Positions 56,094 to 57,961 of a DNA stretch of 57,961 nt are shown piece after piece. Both the position numbers and the translations under genes were made by a program. The notes beneath the pieces are model-generated. The model was given only the letters and a program-made list of their open reading frames with translations. It was not told where the DNA came from and searched no databases. Each line of letters begins with the position of its first letter. Position 1 is the first letter of the stretch. The stretch comes from Rhodanobacteraceae bacterium (GTDB lineage: Bacteria > Pseudomonadota > Gammaproteobacteria > Xanthomonadales > Rhodanobacteraceae), in the NCBI GenBank assembly GCA_035700365.1, contig DASSOQ010000005.1, positions 1 to 57,961 of the forward strand, in the 5' to 3' direction.

Positions 56094-56519
56094 ATGGCAC
56101 CCCGACCACGATCGCGGCATCATTGGTGGTCCACCCTCCCCGCCTCGAGCGCTGCCGGAGCCAGGAACTTGAGCCAAGCCCAACGCTATTACCTGACGAT
56201 CCCCAACCTCGGCAAGGCCCACGGGCCCGATCCCGAACTGTCGTTCCAGGGCGCCTCGCCGCAAAGCTTCGCGGCGGCGCTCCAGGAAGCGCTTCGACAG
56301 CCGATCCTGTTCCAGCGCTGGAAGGCGCGGCAGCCCGACCCTGACGAGGTCGACCAATCGCTGGCGCCGGTCGATCCCAACGCAACCGTCACCGCCGAGA
56401 TGCACGACCTGCATACGGCAGTCCAGGTCGTCACCACCCTCACGCATTTCGTGCTGCGCCACCGCCTGTTCATCCTGATCGGGCCAAACTGGCAGTTGCA
56501 CGACGTCGCCGCCGCCTGA
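56094..56519 (+). CDS. hypothetical protein
   Basis: No family recognised. The TTG at 56169 (GGAG 8 nt upstream) would remove an Arg/Trp-rich, non-native-looking N-terminus. Followed by a terminator-like hairpin. Confidence 0.4.
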   Translation: MAPRPRSRHHWWSTLPASSAAGARNLSQAQRYYLTIPNLGKAHGPDPELSFQGASPQSFAAALQEALRQPILFQRWKARQPDPDEVDQSLAPVDPNATVTAEMHDLHTAVQVVTTLTHFVLRHRLFILIGPNWQLHDVAAA

Positions 56520-56541
56520 ACCTTCGGCGGTTTCCCTTTTT
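56511..56541 (+). terminator. weak rho-independent terminator
   Basis: CCGCC-TGAACCTTC-GGCGG followed by TTTCCCTTTTTCT, overlapping the stop of the hypothetical ORF and 20 nt before the dcp RBS. Confidence 0.4.
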
Positions 56542-56563
56542 CTGCAATGGAAGGAGTCGCTCC

Positions 56564-57961
56564 ATGCCCGGATTACGCACCAAGTTCCTCGCACTCGCCT
56601 GCTGCACCCTCGTCGGCGGCATCGGTTTGAACGCGCAAGCCGATACCCCTGCCAGCGGCGCGTCGTCCGGTGGTGACATCACTTCCAATCCTTTCTACAA
56701 GCCATCGACCTTACCGTTCGGCGCGCCGGACTTCAGCAAGATCCACGATTCGGATTACGCGCCCGCGATGGAAAAGGGCATGGCGCTGCAGAAGCAGGAG
56801 ATCGAGAAGATCGCCAACAACCCCGAGCCGCCGACCTTCGAGAACACCATCGTCGCAATGGAGAAGACCGGCGCGATGCTCGACCGAGTGATGAGCGTGT
56901 TCAACCTGTACACCGGCGCCGACACCGACCCGAAGCTGCAGCAGATTTCGGAGGAAATGGCGCCCAAGCTCGCGGCCCACCAGGACGCGATCTACCTCAA
57001 CGCCAAGCTGTTCGACCGGATCCAGAAGATCTACGACCAGCGCGCCAAGCTGAAGCTCGATCCCGAATCCGAGCGCCTGCTCGAAGTCGACTACCAGGAA
57101 TTCGTGCTGAACGGCGCCAAGCTGTCGCCGGCCGACAAGGCGAAGCTCAAGCACTACAACGAGCAGCTTTCGACCCTCTCCACCCAGTTCGCCAACAAGC
57201 TGATCGCAGCCGCCAAGGCCGGCGCGCTGGTGGTGGACGACAAGTCCAGGCTCGCGGGCCTCTCGCAGCAGCAGATCGACGCGGCCGCCGCGGCGGCCAA
57301 GGCGCGCGGCCTCGACGGCAAATGGGTGATCCCGCTGCAGAACACCACCCAGCAGCCCGCACTGGCATCCCTCAGCAACCGCGACGTCCGCCACGAGCTG
57401 TACGAGCACTCGATCAACCGCGCCGAGCGCGGTGACGCCAACGACACCCGCGCCATCATCACGAAGATGGCGTGGCTGCGCGCGCAGAAGGCCAAGCTCC
57501 TCGGCTTCCCCGACTACTCGGCCTGGAAGCTCAAGGACCAGATGGCCAAGACACCGGCCACGGTGATGAACTTCCTCGACCAGCTCGTGCCGCCCGCAAA
57601 GGCGCGTGCCAAGGCGGAGGCGGATGATCGCCAGGCGATGATCGACCGGGACCAGAAGGCGGCCGGCAAGGCGTCGTTCCAGCTCGAGCCGTGGGATTGG
57701 GAGTACTACGGTCAACAGGTCCAGAAGGCCAAGTACGACATCGACGAGAGCCAGGTCAAGCCGTATTTCGAAATGAAGGACGTGCTGGAGAACGGCGTGT
57801 TTTACGCCGCGCACCAGCTGTACGGCATCAGCTTCAAGCAGCGCACCGACCTGCCGGTGTGGAACAAGGACGTGCTGGTGTACGAGGTCTACAACACCGA
57901 CGGCAAGCCGCTCGGCCTGTTCTACGCCGACTACTTCAAGCGCGACAACAAGGCCGGCGGC
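56564..57961 (+). CDS. dcp: M3-family peptidyl-dipeptidase Dcp (5' part; gene continues past the window end)
   Basis: Not in the ORF track because no stop is reached. AAGGAG RBS and the ATG at 56564, a signal peptide, then NPFYKPSTLPFGAPDF...NTTQQPALASL...ANDTRAII...LFYADYFKRDNKAGG, which parallels E. coli Dcp almost residue for residue. Confidence 0.92.
   Translation, partial: MPGLRTKFLALACCTLVGGIGLNAQADTPASGASSGGDITSNPFYKPSTLPFGAPDFSKIHDSDYAPAMEKGMALQKQEIEKIANNPEPPTFENTIVAMEKTGAMLDRVMSVFNLYTGADTDPKLQQISEEMAPKLAAHQDAIYLNAKLFDRIQKIYDQRAKLKLDPESERLLEVDYQEFVLNGAKLSPADKAKLKHYNEQLSTLSTQFANKLIAAAKAGALVVDDKSRLAGLSQQQIDAAAAAAKARGLDGKWVIPLQNTTQQPALASLSNRDVRHELYEHSINRAERGDANDTRAIITKMAWLRAQKAKLLGFPDYSAWKLKDQMAKTPATVMNFLDQLVPPAKARAKAEADDRQAMIDRDQKAAGKASFQLEPWDWEYYGQQVQKAKYDIDESQVKPYFEMKDVLENGVFYAAHQLYGISFKQRTDLPVWNKDVLVYEVYNTDGKPLGLFYADYFKRDNKAGG

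Overview
This is a 57.96-kb, high-G+C chromosomal segment. Its gene content, repeat types and large TonB-dependent receptor resemble a Xanthomonadales-type gammaproteobacterium, but that placement is inference only. I support 42 protein-coding genes, the last running off the right edge. I also call one SAH riboswitch, two families of small palindromic intergenic repeats, a few intrinsic-terminator-like hairpins, and one repeat-flanked cassette. I found no rRNA, tRNA, CRISPR array, transposase or integrase. The left third and the right end are mostly housekeeping genes (rpe, djlA, purC, gap, tpx, fdxA, dusB, metK-ahcY, mtgA, bioD, dcp, tricorn-like protease) plus c-di-GMP signalling genes. Two blocks look accessory and are the most interesting. 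(1) At 14.4-27.9 kb, a four-helix-bundle gene flanked by inverted octamer arrays is followed by five paralogous TPR-sulfotransferase genes. These are chained to a TonB-dependent receptor and an exported protein of unknown function. (2) At 33.2-50.3 kb, a co-directional block is centred on a 2,924-codon cyclic beta-1,2-glucan synthase (ndvB/cgs-like). Tightly or translationally coupled behind it are a GH39-like protein, a stand-alone homologue of the synthase's own central SGL-like domain, and a Bacillus-type glucose 1-dehydrogenase. None of these three has a signal peptide. All functional calls rest on motifs I recognise by eye in the translations; no BLAST or HMM search was run. Start codons are best guesses. 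Many long ORFs in the supplied track are antisense or out-of-frame shadows typical of GC-rich DNA and were not called.
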